The notes under the pieces: generated by a model
Told to the model about the DNA's origin: nothing
The model's database searches: none
Seen by the model: only the letters and a program-made list of their open reading frames with translations
Shown: piece after piece, positions 22,054 through 34,600 of the stretch
How positions within the stretch are numbered: the first letter of the stretch is position 1
How the letters are laid out: each line of letters opens with the position of its first letter
Assembly (NCBI GenBank): GCA_038087875.1
Contig: JAXLNO010002317.1
Coordinates: forward strand, 2,294,001-2,358,000
Direction of reading: 5' to 3'
Length of the DNA stretch: 64,000 nucleotides
Source: Malacoraja senta
Lineage: Eukaryota
Program-made: the position numbers and the translations under genes

Positions 22054-24905
22054 CTCGGTATCACGCTGAACACAACACGTTCCAGCAACGAGCTGTGGAT
22101 GGTGTTCCCTCAGCTGACACGGCAGGATGCCGGGGTCTATCAGTGTGTGGCGGAGAATGAACACGGGACAGCAGAGAGGGATGTGACCCTCACTGTAGAA
22201 TGTGAGTAGACACACACTGAGACATCTCTATAAACGCAGATGGATTATTGGCCCATGAGAGATGCTGGAATTCACTACACACACTCACTCACACCTACAC
22301 ACAGTCTCCCTCTCTCACACGCACACACACACACTCTCTTACACGCACTCACTCAAACACACACACACATCAAGATCTCGGAGAAAACCCACGCAGGTCA
22401 TGGGGAGAACGTGCAAACTCCATACAGACAGGCACCGGTGGTCATGATCGAACCTGGGTCTCTAGCGCTGTAAGGCAGCAGCTCTACCCACTGCGCCACC
22501 GTGCAGCCCACATCTACAATCTTTTGTGTTCCCCACCTGTATGTAGCCCGTCTGACCTCTGCCTGACATTGTTGGATCATATTGGTCTTTCTACCCAGAA
22601 ACCCTCAATGCGTCTCAATGCTTCAAGGGAATAATGTTTAGTGCAAGAAAAAGCCAGTAAAGTCCTATCAAAGATAGCACCATAGTAATTCAGGACTGTG
22701 CTCTGGTTGTGGTGGGATGGTTCAGTTGCCTGATAACAGCTGGAAAGAAACTGTCCCTGAATCTGGAGGTGTGCGTTTTCACACTGCTGTACCTCTTGCT
22801 CGATGGGAGAGGGGAGAAGAGGGAGTGGCTGGGGAGCGACTCGTCCTTGATTTTGCTGCTGGCCTTGCCAAGGCAGCGTGAGGTGTAGATAGAGTCAACC
22901 AGCCAACATGCCCCATCTGTACTAATCCCACATGCCTGCGTTTGGCCTATATCCCTCATACCTATCCTATCCATGTACCTGTTCAACTATTTCTTAAATG
23001 CTGGGATAGTCCCAGCCTCAACTACCTCCTCCGGCAGCTTGTTCCATACACCCACCACCCTTTGTGTGGAAAAATGTTACCCCTCAGGTTCCATTAAATC
23101 TTTTCCCCTCTCCTCTTAAACATAAGTCCTCTGGTCCTCGAATCCCCTACTCTGGGCAAGAGACTTTGTGCATCTACCCGATCAATTGCTCCCAATAATT
23201 TTGCACACATCTATAAGATCACCCCTCATACGCCTGCCCTCCAAGAAATAGAGTCCCAGCCTGCCCCAATATCTCCCCGTAGCTCCTGCCTTCAATCCTG
23301 GAGAACAAGGGTAGGTGACAAAGGTCTTTTATTTACTGTTGCCCTCTTGAGTTTCATTGCCTGTATAACTTGTCATGACCTACCCCAGAGCCAACAATGG
23401 ACCATTGTGGGCTCAATGTTTTTCATGATCATCATTGCTTTTGCATATCTTTCATTCATTTGTGCCGTCGATATATCTCGTATCCCGCTCTCCGACTCTC
23501 AGTCTGAAGAAGGGTCTCGACGTGAAACGCCACCTATTATTTTTTTCCGGAGATGCTGCCTGACCCGCTGCGTTACTCCTACACTTTGTACCTGTCCGTG
23601 TTCTCCAGAGATGCTGCCTGACCCGTTGAGTTACTCCAGCACTTTGTGTCTGTCATGAATGTTTATATAGTATCTTGTTTCAATGAGAAGATAATATAGG
23701 ATCGCCTTTAGACTTCAAACAGGTAGTTCATGTTTACAAGATATAGGAATAGAATTAGGCCATTCGGCCCATCGAGTCTACTCCGCCATTCAATCATGGC
23801 TCTTTCTCCTAATCCCATTTTCCTGCCTTCTCCCCATAACCCTTGACACTTGTTCTAATCAAGAACTTGTTTATCTCTGCCTTAAAAATATCCAATGACT
23901 TGACTCCACAGCCCTTTGTGGCAATGAGTTCCACAGATTAACTACCCTCTGACTAAATAAGTTCCTTCTCACCTCCTTTCTATAAGAGCGCCATTTAATT
24001 CTGACGCTATGAGCTCTGGTGCTAGACTCTCCCACCAGTTGAAACAACCTTTCCACATCCACATGCCTTTCATTATTCTGTAAGTTTCAATGAGGTCCCC
24101 CATCCAACCTTCTAAATTCCAGTGAGTGGAGGCCCAGTGCTGTCAAGCGCTCATCATACGCTATCCCACTCATTCCTGGAATCATTCTTGTAAACCTCCT
24201 CTGGACCCTCTCCAGAGCCAGCACATCCTTCATCAGATATGGGGCCCAAATTTGCTCACAATATTCCAAATGCAGCCTGACCAGCGCCTTATGGGGCCTC
24301 AGCATTACATCTCTGTTTTTGTATTCCAGACCTCTTGATATAAATGCTAGCATTGGATTTGCCTTCCTTACTACCGATTCAACTTGCAAATTAACTTTTT
24401 GTGAGTCCTGCACCAGTACTCCCGAGTCCCTTTGCACCTCTGATTTCTGCATTCTCTCTCCATTTAGAAAATACTCTACGCCTTTACTCTTATTACCAAA
24501 ATGCATGACTCCATTCTTTGCAATACTGAATTTCATCTGCTACTTCTCTACCCACTCTCATAACCTGTCCAAAGTACTTCTGCAGAGTCCTTGCTTTCTC
24601 TATGCTATCTACCTCAGCATCATCTGCAAACTTGAGCACACAGTCTTCAATCCCCTTATCCAAATCATTAATATACAACATGAAGAGAAGTGGCCCCAGC
24701 ACCGACCCTTGAGGAACTCCACTGGACACTGGCAGCCAACATGAAAAAGCTCCTTTTATTGCAACTCTTTGCCTTCTGCCATCCAGCCAACCCGCTATCC
24801 ATGCTAGTATCTTCCCTTTAATACCATGGCCTCTCATCTTTCCCAGCAGCCTGACATACGGCACCTTATCGAGGGCCTTCTGAAAATCTAGGGAAAGAAA
24901 CATAG

Positions 24906-25196
24906 TGTAGCGTCAGCCTATACACGGGCCACTTATGCTCAAACCCTCGTCAGGAGGCACGAGGGCTGGCACGTGACGTCATGGGCTAGAGGGAGTGTCC
25001 TGGTACTTAAGGTCATCTCACCTCGAGACCTTAAGGTAGTCCACCGGTAGCTGAGCCCGAGTGAACAACCTCACTCAGCTACAGCAACAATGTTAATATA
25101 GTCAGCGCACCAACCTAACGTGTCGACCCCTGAATAAACAACTGTTTGAACTGGCCTGATGTCTCACCTTTATTCACCACGTTTGGTGCCGCTACA
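24906..25196 (+). mobile_element. Solo LTR (291 bp)
   Basis: TGTAGCG...CGCTACA termini; 4 bp TSD ATAG (24902-24905, 25197-25200); AATAAA 25133-25138; empty site at 35065-35080. Confidence 0.85.
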
Positions 25197-27517
25197 ATAG
25201 AAACATAAAAAATAGGTGCAGAAGTAGGCCATTCGGCCCTTCCAGCCAGCAACGCTATTCAATATGAACGAATACCTTAAGAATTTTATGTGTTTCTATA
25301 AGATACCCTCTCATCCTTCTAAATTCCAGTGAATGCAAGCCCAGCCATTCCATTCTTTCATCCTATGACAGTCCCGCCATCCTGGGAATTAATCTCGTGT
25401 ACCTACGCTGCCCTCCCACAATAGCAAGAATGTCCTTCCTCAAATTAGGAGACCAAAACTGCACATAATACTCCAGGTGCGGTCTCACCAGGGCCTGTAC
25501 AACTGCAATAGGAGCACCTTGCTCCTTTTCTCAAATCCTCTCGCTATGAAGGCCAACATGCCATTTGCTTTCTTCACTGCTTCATTTCATCCACAGCCAC
25601 CCCTCTGTCTGTCCTGCTATTAACTTCCTCAAAGATCTCCAGCAGATTCGTCAGGCAAGATCTTCCCTTCACAAAACCATGCTGACCGGCCCATTTTATC
25701 GTAAACATCTAAGTACTGCGTAACCTCTTCCTTTACAATTGACTCTAAAACCTTACCAACCACCGAAGTCAGGCTAACCGGCCTATAGTTTCCACTCTTC
25801 TGCTTCGCTCCCTTCTTGTTCAGCGGGACGATATTCGCAAATTTCCAATCAGCATGAACCACTCCTAACTCTAGTGATTCTTGAAATATCACAACTAATG
25901 CCTCCACAATCTCCGAGGCCACCTCCTTCAGAACCCTGGGGTGCAGTCCATCCAGTCCAGGTGACTTATCCACTCTCAGACCTTTCAGTTTTCCCAGCAC
26001 CTTCTGAGTAATCGCCACTCCACTAACTTCCACCCTGACTCTCTAGGATTGCAGGCACACTGCTGGTGTTCTCCACGGTGAGGACTGATGCAAAAAACGT
26101 TATTCAATTCCTCTTCCATTTCTTGATTTCTCCTGCACCATTCTCCCGACATCATTCGCCCAACATCCACTCTTGCCTCTATTTTTACTCTTTATATATC
26201 CGTAGAAACTCTTGCTACCCTCTTTTACATTATTGGCCAGCTTACATTCGTACTGAAGATAAGGTCGGAGAGCAGGAGGCATCACAGAGGGGGAGCAGTG
26301 AGAGAGGATGTGGCAGAACTGCATTGTTGTGAAAGATTGCATCAGGATCTTGATCGATTGGCCAGGTGAGCTGAGGAATGGTTGGTGGAGTTTAATACCG
26401 AGAAGTGTGAGATGTTGAATTTTGGGACATCTAACAAGAGCAGGACCAACACAGTTAATGGTAGGCCTCTGGGGAATGTTGAAGAGCAGAGGGATCTAGG
26501 AGTGCAGGTGCAAGGTTCCTTGAAGATCGAGTCGCAGGTAGATCAGGTGGTCAAAAAGGCTTTTGGCACATTGGCCTTCATCAGTCAGAGTATTGAATAT
26601 AGAAGTTGGGTGATCATGTTGTGTTGCATAAGACGTTGGTAAGACCGCATTTAGAATATTGTGTAAAATTCTGGGCACCATGTTATAGGAAAGATAGTGT
26701 CAAGCTTGAAATGGTTCAGAGATGATTTATGAGGATGCTGCTAGGACTAGAGGGTCTGAGCTATAGGGAGAGGTTGAGTCGGCTGGGTCTCCATTTCTTG
26801 GAGCGCAGGAGGATGAGGGGTGATCTTATAGAGGCGTGTAGATCATGAGGGGAATAGATCGGGTAGATGCACAAAATCTTTTCCCCTTCACCTTGAACCC
26901 ATGCCTAGAGTAGGGGAATCGAGGACCAGAGGACATAGATTCAAGGTGAAGGGGAAAAGATTTAATAGGAGGGGTAACTTTTTCATATAAAGGATAGTTG
27001 GTGTATGGAACAAACTGCCAGAGGAGGTAGTTGAGGCAGGGATTATCCCAGCGTTTAAGAAACAGTTAGACAGGTACATGGATAGGACAGGTTTGGAGGG
27101 ATATGGGCCATATGCGGGCAGGTGGCACTAGTGTATCTGGGACATGTTGGCCGGTGTGGGCAAATTAGGCCGAAGGACCTGTTTCCACACTATCACCCTA
27201 TGACTCCAACTCTCGTCGGAAAGAGGAAGAGAACCTCTTCAAAGTAGACATATCTTGAGGAGATTTTGCAGTGGAGCAGACGAAATGTGGAGGAAGGAAC
27301 TGCAGGTGCTGGTTTAAACCAATGATAGACACAAAGAGCTGGAGATACTCAGCTGGTCAGGCAGCATCTCTGGAGAGAAGGAATGGTTGACTTTTCGGGT
27401 CGAGACCCTTCTGCAGACTGGTTACATCCGTACTTCATCTTTTCTCTCTGTACTTTCCTGGTTGACACGTGGAATTCTGCTGTGTTAACTCACGTTTAAA
27501 CCTTTGTTTGTCTTTAG

Positions 27518-27799
27518 ATGCTCCACGGAATCTCTCAATCACTTCCCACGACGACGCGAACAGTTCCCGGGTCAGTGTAAAGGAAGGAAACTCTGCAGCG
27601 ATCCTCTGCTCCGTCCAGAGTTTCCCAACATCTAACCTGACGTGGAGACATCTCGGTGTCACGCTGAACACAACACGTTCCAGCAACGAGCTGTGGATGG
27701 AGTTCCCTCAGCTGACACGGCAGGATGCCGGGGTCTATCAGTGTGTGGCGGAGAATGAACACGGGACAGCAGAGAGGGATGTGACCCTCACTGTAGAAT
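27518..27799 (+). CDS. Siglec-like gene: C2/I-set exon B
   Basis: 282 nt phase 1-1 exon; AILCSVQSFPTSNLTW...QDAGVYQCVAENEHG; TTTAG| and |GTGAGT. Confidence 0.9.
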
Positions 27800-29307
27800 G
27801 TGAGTAGACACACACTGACACGTCCCTCAAAACACCATAAGGTCATAAGTGATAGGAGCAGAATTAGATTGCTGAATGACCAAGTCTACTCTGCCAATCA
27901 ATCATGGCTGATCTATCTCTCCCTCCTAACCCCATTCTCCTGCCTTCTCATTGAGCCATAGAGTCAGAGTCATAAAGTCTTAGAGTGATACAGCGTGGAA
28001 ACAGGCCCTTTGGCTCAACTTGCTTTCAACGGCCTACATGTCCCAGCTACATTAGTCCCACCTGCCCACGTTTGGCCCTTATCCCTCCAAATTTGTCATA
28101 TCCATGTACCTATCCACGTCTGTTTCTTAAACGGTGGGATAGTTCCTGCCTCAACTACCTCCTCTGGCAGTTGAAAAAGGAGGTCATACTATATCCTCTG
28201 TATGAAAAAATCACCACCTAGATTCCTATTTAATCTTTTCCCCTTCACCTTGAACCAATGTCCTCTGGTCCTCGATTAACCTTATCTGTGCAAGAGACTC
28301 GGTGCGTCTTCCCGATCTATTCCCATCATGATTTTATACACCTCTGTAAGATCACCCCTCATCCTCCAGCGCTCCAAGGAATAGAGTCCCAGCCTGCTCA
28401 ACCTCTCCCTATAGCTCAGGGCCTCGAGTCCTGGCCACATATTCGTAAATCTTCTCTGTACCCTTTCCTGCTTGACAACATCTTTCCTATATTTCCTCTC
28501 CCCTCTTCTAAGAAGAGGAAGATTAAATAAAGTTATTTGAAGCATTGTGTGCAGTTCTGGTCACCACATTACAGGAAGGATGTGGCCAGGGTGCAGAATG
28601 CTGCCTGGATTAGAGAGTATTAGCAATAAGGAGTTTAAAGGAGGCCACAGTGGTTCAACGGTAGAGTTGCTGCCTCACAGCACCAGAGAGCCGGGTTCGA
28701 TCCTGACCACAGGTACTTGTCTCTTGGGAGTTTGTAAGTTCACCTCATGACCTGTGTGGGTTTTCTCCAGGTGCTCCGGTTTCCTCCCACACTCAAGTCG
28801 TACAGGTTTGTAGGTTAATTGACTTGGTATATTTGTAAATTATCCCTAGTGTGAGTGGGATAGTGTGAGTGTGCGGGGATCGCTGGTCGGCATGGACAAG
28901 GTGGGCCGAAGGGACTCTTTCCGCTCTGTATCTCTAAACTAAATGAAACTAAAGAAGAGGTTGGAAAGATTTGGATTGTTTTCCATGGAGTTCATAAGGT
29001 CATAAGTGATAGGAGCAGAATTAGGCCATTTGGCCCATCAAGTCTAGAATTAGGCCATTCGGCCCATCAAGTCAGAATTAGGCCATTCGCCCCATTCAAT
29101 CATGGCTGATCTATCTCTCTCTCCTAACCCCATTCTACTGCCTTCTCCCCATAACCTCTGACACCTGTACTAATCAAGAATCTATCTACCTCTGCCTTAA
29201 ATATATCCACTGACTTGGCCTCCACCGCCATTTGTGGCAATGAATTCCACAGATTCACCACCCAGTTCAAAGGCTGAGGTGAGACCTGATATAAATATAT
29301 AAAACTA

Positions 29308-29665
29308 CTAGACTAAGTGACAAGGGAGACCTGGTCCCCCAACGCAATATTCCACCACTCACCCATAGCCCCCAACTGCACAGGCGCGGCTGAGGGGTTC
29401 CTGTTGTGATGCTCCTGATACCCCCTCACCCCCCCCCCCCACTCTGCCTCTTGCCCTTCCACCCCGCTCCCACACCCTCCCATCCATTCTTAGCAGCTCC
29501 CCGGCGGCACAACCATTCCCGCCCATTGAGTTCCCATTGTGACGTAGAATACGCAGGCATTACTGCACAGGCACAGCTGACGGGCATGGCAAGCGGAAAA
29601 GGAATATATTAATGCTTAAAATGTGAATAACTCTTAAAATACAACAACAATTTGAACGTTAAAGA
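29308..29665 (-). mobile_element. Non-autonomous Helitron (358 bp)
   Basis: Minus strand 5'-TC...CTAG-3'; subterminal hairpin GGGAGACCTGGTCCC 12 nt from the CTAG; inserted at A|T with no TSD relative to empty site AAAACTA|TGAGAT at 42061-42073. Confidence 0.8.
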
Positions 29666-30469
29666 TGAGATTTATTCAGTTCAGTTCTTTCTTGTTGCGT
29701 CTCTTGTTGCATTCTGCTGCTAACTGCGTCTCGATGTCTATTTGCTGTTGATGAAAACAAGTCATCTTCTTCCTAAGGAAACTCCATTTAATTCCGAGAC
29801 TGTGACCTCTGGTCCTTGACTCTCCCACTAGTGGAAGCATCCACTCTATCCAGGCCTCTGCCTGCACGTGATCCATATCCCTCCAGCATCTGCAGTTCCT
29901 CCCTAATCAAATCAATGGTACACTGACAAGCTCATCTGTCCTTCATTGATGAGACACTGCTTTGGATACAGGTACAAAACACACAAAGTGCTGGAGGAAC
30001 TCAGAGTCATAGTGTCTTACAGCATGGAAACAGGCCCTTCGGCCCAAGTAGCCCACACCGGCCAACATGTCCCATCTACACTAGTCTCACCTGCCTTTGT
30101 TTGGCCACTATCCAAAATGTCACCCATTTGTTCTCCAGAGCGGCTGCCTGTTCCACTGAGTTACTCCAGCATTCTGTGTCCATCTTCCAATTCCCTCTAA
30201 ACCCCTGTCCTATCCGTGTACCTGTCTAAATATTTCTTAAACGTTGCGGTAGTACCTGCCTTAGCTACCTCCTCTGGCAACTCGTTCCATACACCCACAT
30301 CCATTGTGTGAAAAAATTACCCCTCAGGTCCCTATTAAATCTTTCCCCCCCTCACCTTAAACCCATGTCCTCTTGTTCTCATTTCCTCCCACACTGCAAA
30401 GACGTACAGGCTTGTTGGTTAATCGGCTTCGTATAATTGTAAATTGTCCCCAGTGTGTGTAGGGGGCTG

Positions 30470-30860
30470 ATGTGAGGGGTGATCGTGGTCTACGCGGACT
30501 TGGTGGGCCGCTGGTCCTGTTTCCGCGCTGTATCTCTAAACAACATAGAAATCGCGTGAACGGGTGATCGGTGGTCAGCGTGGACACGATGGGCCGAAGG
30601 TCCTGTTTCCGCGCTGTATCTCTAACTAAACAAAGAACTATTGTGTGAACAGATGATCGATGGTCGGTGCGGACTCGGTGGGCCTGTTTCCGCGCTGTAT
30701 CTCTTAAAAAAAGCCTCTGTTTCTTTAGAACACAGACTGTCCCGTGGGTATCTCTAAACTAAACAGAACTAGCGTGTGAACGGGTGATCGATGGTCGGTG
30801 CGGACTGGGTGGACCGAAGGGCCTGTTTCCGCGCTGTATCTCTAAAGTCTAAAGACTAAA
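30470..30860 (+). repeat. Tandem array of SINE/CR1 3' tails at the duplication junction
   Basis: About five ~85 bp units directly upstream of the exon A' acceptor region; a shorter array lies upstream of exon A. Confidence 0.7.
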
Positions 30861-30927
30861 GTGTTTTACAATCCAAGGATCACCGAAAGTGCCACAAAAC
30901 ATGTTGCTGAATTTTATCTGTTTGCAG

Positions 30928-31209
30928 ACGCTCCCCAGAATCTCTCAATCACTTCCCCCAACAACGTGAACAATTCCTGGGTCAGTCTAAAGGAAGGAAA
31001 CTCTGCAGCGATCCTCTGCTCCGTCCAGAGTTTCCCAGCGTCTAACCTGACGTGGAGACATCTTGGTATCACGCTGAACACAACACGTTCCAGCAACGAG
31101 CTGTGGATGGAGTTCCCTCAGCTGACACGGCAGGAAGCCGGGGTCTATCAGTGTGTGGCGGAGAATGAACACGGGACAGCAGAGAGGGATGTGACCCTCA
31201 CTGTAGAAT
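30928..31209 (+). CDS. Siglec-like gene: C2/I-set exon A'
   Basis: 282 nt intact phase 1-1 exon; TTTGCAG| and |GTGAGT; QEAGVYQC. Confidence 0.9.
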
Positions 31210-31541
31210 GTGAGTAGACACACACTGACACATCTCTATAAACGCAGATGGATTATTCTCTATAGAGGCAGATGACAAGTGCATATCCTCTCTTATTCAT
31301 TCTCACCTAGCAAAGAGCTACCAATTACCTGTTTCCTTTCTCATCATTACATTTTTGCCTATCTTTAATTCATTTGTTCTATATCTCTCTACGCCATTGT
31401 CTATATCTCTCATTTTCCTTACCCGTGACATTCAATCTGAAGAAAGGTCTCAACCCAAAACGTCACCCATTCCTTCTCTCCAGAGATGTTGCCTGTCCCG
31501 CTATGTTGCTCCAGCATTTTGTGTCTATCTTCTGTTTAAAC

Positions 31542-31670
31542 NNNNNNNNNNNNNNNNNNNNNNNNNNNNNNNNNNNNNNNNNNNNNNNNNNNNNNNNNNN
31601 NNNNNNNNNNNNNNNNNNNNNNNNNNNNNNNNNNNNNNNNNNNNNNNNNNNNNNNNNNNNNNNNNNNNNN
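31542..31670. other. Assembly gap (129 N)
   Basis: Run of N in the sequence. Confidence 1.
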
Positions 31671-34600
31671 TCTTTAGTTTATGTGTGAGAAAGAACTGCA
31701 GATGCTGGATATAATCGAAGGTAGACACAAAACGCTGGAGTAAATCAACGGGTGAGGCAGCATCTATAGAGAGAAGGAAAGGGTGACCTTTCTGGTCGAG
31801 ATCCTTCTTCAGACTGATGTCGGGCGGGGCGGCGGGAAAAAGATAGGAAGTGGGCGGAGACAGTAGGACGTAGGAGAACTGGGAAGGCGGAGGGGAATGA
31901 GTGAGAAAGCAAGAGCAATCTGAAATTGGAGAAGTCAATCTTCATACCACCAGGGGCTCTGCACGATGAGACAATAGACAATAGGTGCAGGAGTAGGCCA
32001 TTCGGCCCTTTCAGCCAGCACCGCCATTCAATGTAATCATGGCTGATCATCCACAATCAGTACCCCGTTCCTGCCTTCTCCTCATATCCCCATGTCTCCG
32101 CTATCTTTAAGAGCTCTATCTAAATTCTCTTCAAACCAGTCCAACTGTTTTTTAAACGTTGCAATGGTTCCAGCCTCAACTACCTCCTCCGGCAGCTCGT
32201 TCCATACACCCACCACCATCTGCATGAAAAAAAGTTACCCGTCAGGATCCATTAAATCTTCTCCCCTCTCATCTTAAACCTAGCGTGCTCAACCTCTCCC
32301 TATAGTCTGAAGAAGGGTCTCGACCCGAAACGTCATCCATTCCTTCTCTCCAGAAATGCTGCCTGTCCCACTGAGTTGCTGCAGCTTTTTGTGTCTATGC
32401 GATTACAATAGTGCCACCCACTGTGTACACATACAAGATAAGGGAATAATGTTTAGTGCAAGAAAAAGCCAGTAAAGTCCTATCAAAGATAGCACCATAG
32501 TAATTCAGGACTGTGCTCTGGTTGTGGTGGGATGGTTCAGTTGCCTGATAACAGCTGGAAAGAAACTGTCCCTGAATCTGGAGGTGTGCGTCTTCACACC
32601 TGTATCTCTTGTCCGATGGGAGAGGGGAGAAGAGGGAATGGCTGGGGAGCAACTCGTCCTTGATTATGCTGCTGGCCTTGCCAAGGCAGGGTGAGGTGTA
32701 GATAGAGTCAACCAGCCAACATGCCCCATCTGTACTAGTCCCACCCACCTGCGTTTGGCCCATATCCCTCCAAACCTATCCTATCCATGTATCTGTTCAA
32801 CTATTTCTTAAACGCTGGGATAGTCCCAGCCTCAACTACCTCCTCCGGCAGCTTGTTCCATACACCCACCACCCTTTGTGTGGAAAAATGGTACCCCTCA
32901 GGTTCCCTTAAATCTTTTCCCCTCTCCTCTTAAACATAATTCCTCTGGTCCTCGAATCCCCTACTCTGGGCAAGAGACTTTGTGCGTCTACCCGATCAAT
33001 TCCTCCCAATAATTTTGCACACCTCTATAAGATCACCCCTCATACGCCTGCCCTCCAAGAAATAGAGTCCCAGCCTACCCCAACATCTCCCCGTAGCTCA
33101 TGCCTTCAATCCTGGAGAACAAGGGTAGGTGACAAGGGTCTTTTATTTACTGTTGCCCTCTTGAGTTTCATTGCGTGTATAACTCATTATGACCTACCCC
33201 AGAGCCAACAATGGACCATTGTGGGCTCGAAGTTTTTCCTGATGATCGTTGCTTTTGCATATCTTTCATTCATTTGTGCCGTTGATATCTCTCGTTTCCC
33301 GCTCTCCGACTCTCAGTCTGAAGAAGGGTCTCGACGTGAAACGCCACGTATTCTTTTTTTCCAGAGATGCTGCCTGACCCGTTGAGTTACTCCAGCACTT
33401 TGTGTCTGTCATGAATGTTTATGTAGTATCTTGTTTCAATGAGAAGGTAATATAGGATCGCTTTTAGACTTCAAACAGGTGGTTCATGTTTACAAGATCA
33501 CAAGTTATAGGAATAGAATTAGGCCATTCGGCCCATCGAGTCTACTCCGCCATTCAATCATGGCTCTGCCTCCTAATCCCATTTTCCTGCCTTCTCCCCA
33601 TAACCCTTGACACTTGTTCTAATCAAGAACTTGTTTATCTCTGCCTTAAAAATATCCATTGACTTGGCCTCCACAGCCCTCTGTGGCAATGAGTTCCACA
33701 GATTAACTACCCACTGACTAAAGAAGTTCCTTCTCACATCCTTTCTAAAAGAGCGCCATTTAATTCTGAGGCTATGAGCTCTGGTGCTGGACTCTCCCAC
33801 CAGTTGAAACAACCTTTCCACATCCACATGCCTTTCATTATTCTGTAAGTTTCAATGAGGTCCACCCCCCCTCAACCTAAATTCCAGTGAGTGGAGGCCC
33901 AGTGCTGTCAAGCGCTCATCATATGCTATCCCACTCATTCCTGGAATCATTCTTGTAAACCTCCTCTGGACCCTCTCCAGAGCCAGCACATCCTTCATCA
34001 GATATGGGGCCCAAATTTGCTCACAATATTCCAAACGCTGCCTGACCAGCGCCTTATGGGGCCTCAGCATTACATCTCTGTTTTTGTATTCCAGACCTCT
34101 TGATATAAATGCTAGCATTGAATTTGCCTTCCTTACTACCGATTCAACTTGCAAATTAACTTTTTGGGAGTCCTGCACCAGTACTCCCAAGTCCCTTTGC
34201 ACCTCTGATTTCTGCATTCTCTCTCCATTTAGAAAATACTCTACGCCTTTACTCTTATTACCAAAATGCATGACTCCATACTTTGCAAATCTGAATTTCA
34301 TCTGCTACTTCTCAGCCCACTCTCCCAACCTGTCCAAAGTCCTTCTGCAGAGTCCTTGCTTTCTCTACACTACCTACCTCAGCATCATCTGCAAACTTGG
34401 CCACAAAGCCTTCAATCCCCTTATCCAAATCATTAATATACAACATGAAGAGAAGTGGCCCCAGCACCGACCCTTGAGGAACTCCACTAGTCACTGGCAG
34501 CCAACATGAAAAAGCTCCTTTTATTGCAACTCTTCTGCCATCCAGCCAATCCGCTATCATAGAAACATAGAAACATAGAAAATAGGTGCAGGAGTAGGCA

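Larger units (their letters stand above)
19032..22201 (+). pseudogene. C2 exon A, split into 19032-19165 and 22054-22201 by a CR1 insertion
   Basis: The halves join to a 282 nt exon matching the intact copies; acceptor and donor are intact; read-through stops at TAG 19181-19183. Confidence 0.92.

Noticed and set aside
21751-22209. 152 aa ORF ending in half an Ig domain, as a novel chimeric gene
   Set aside because: It is the antisense frame of the CR1 endonuclease running by chance into the 3' half of exon A; no promoter or leader is evident.
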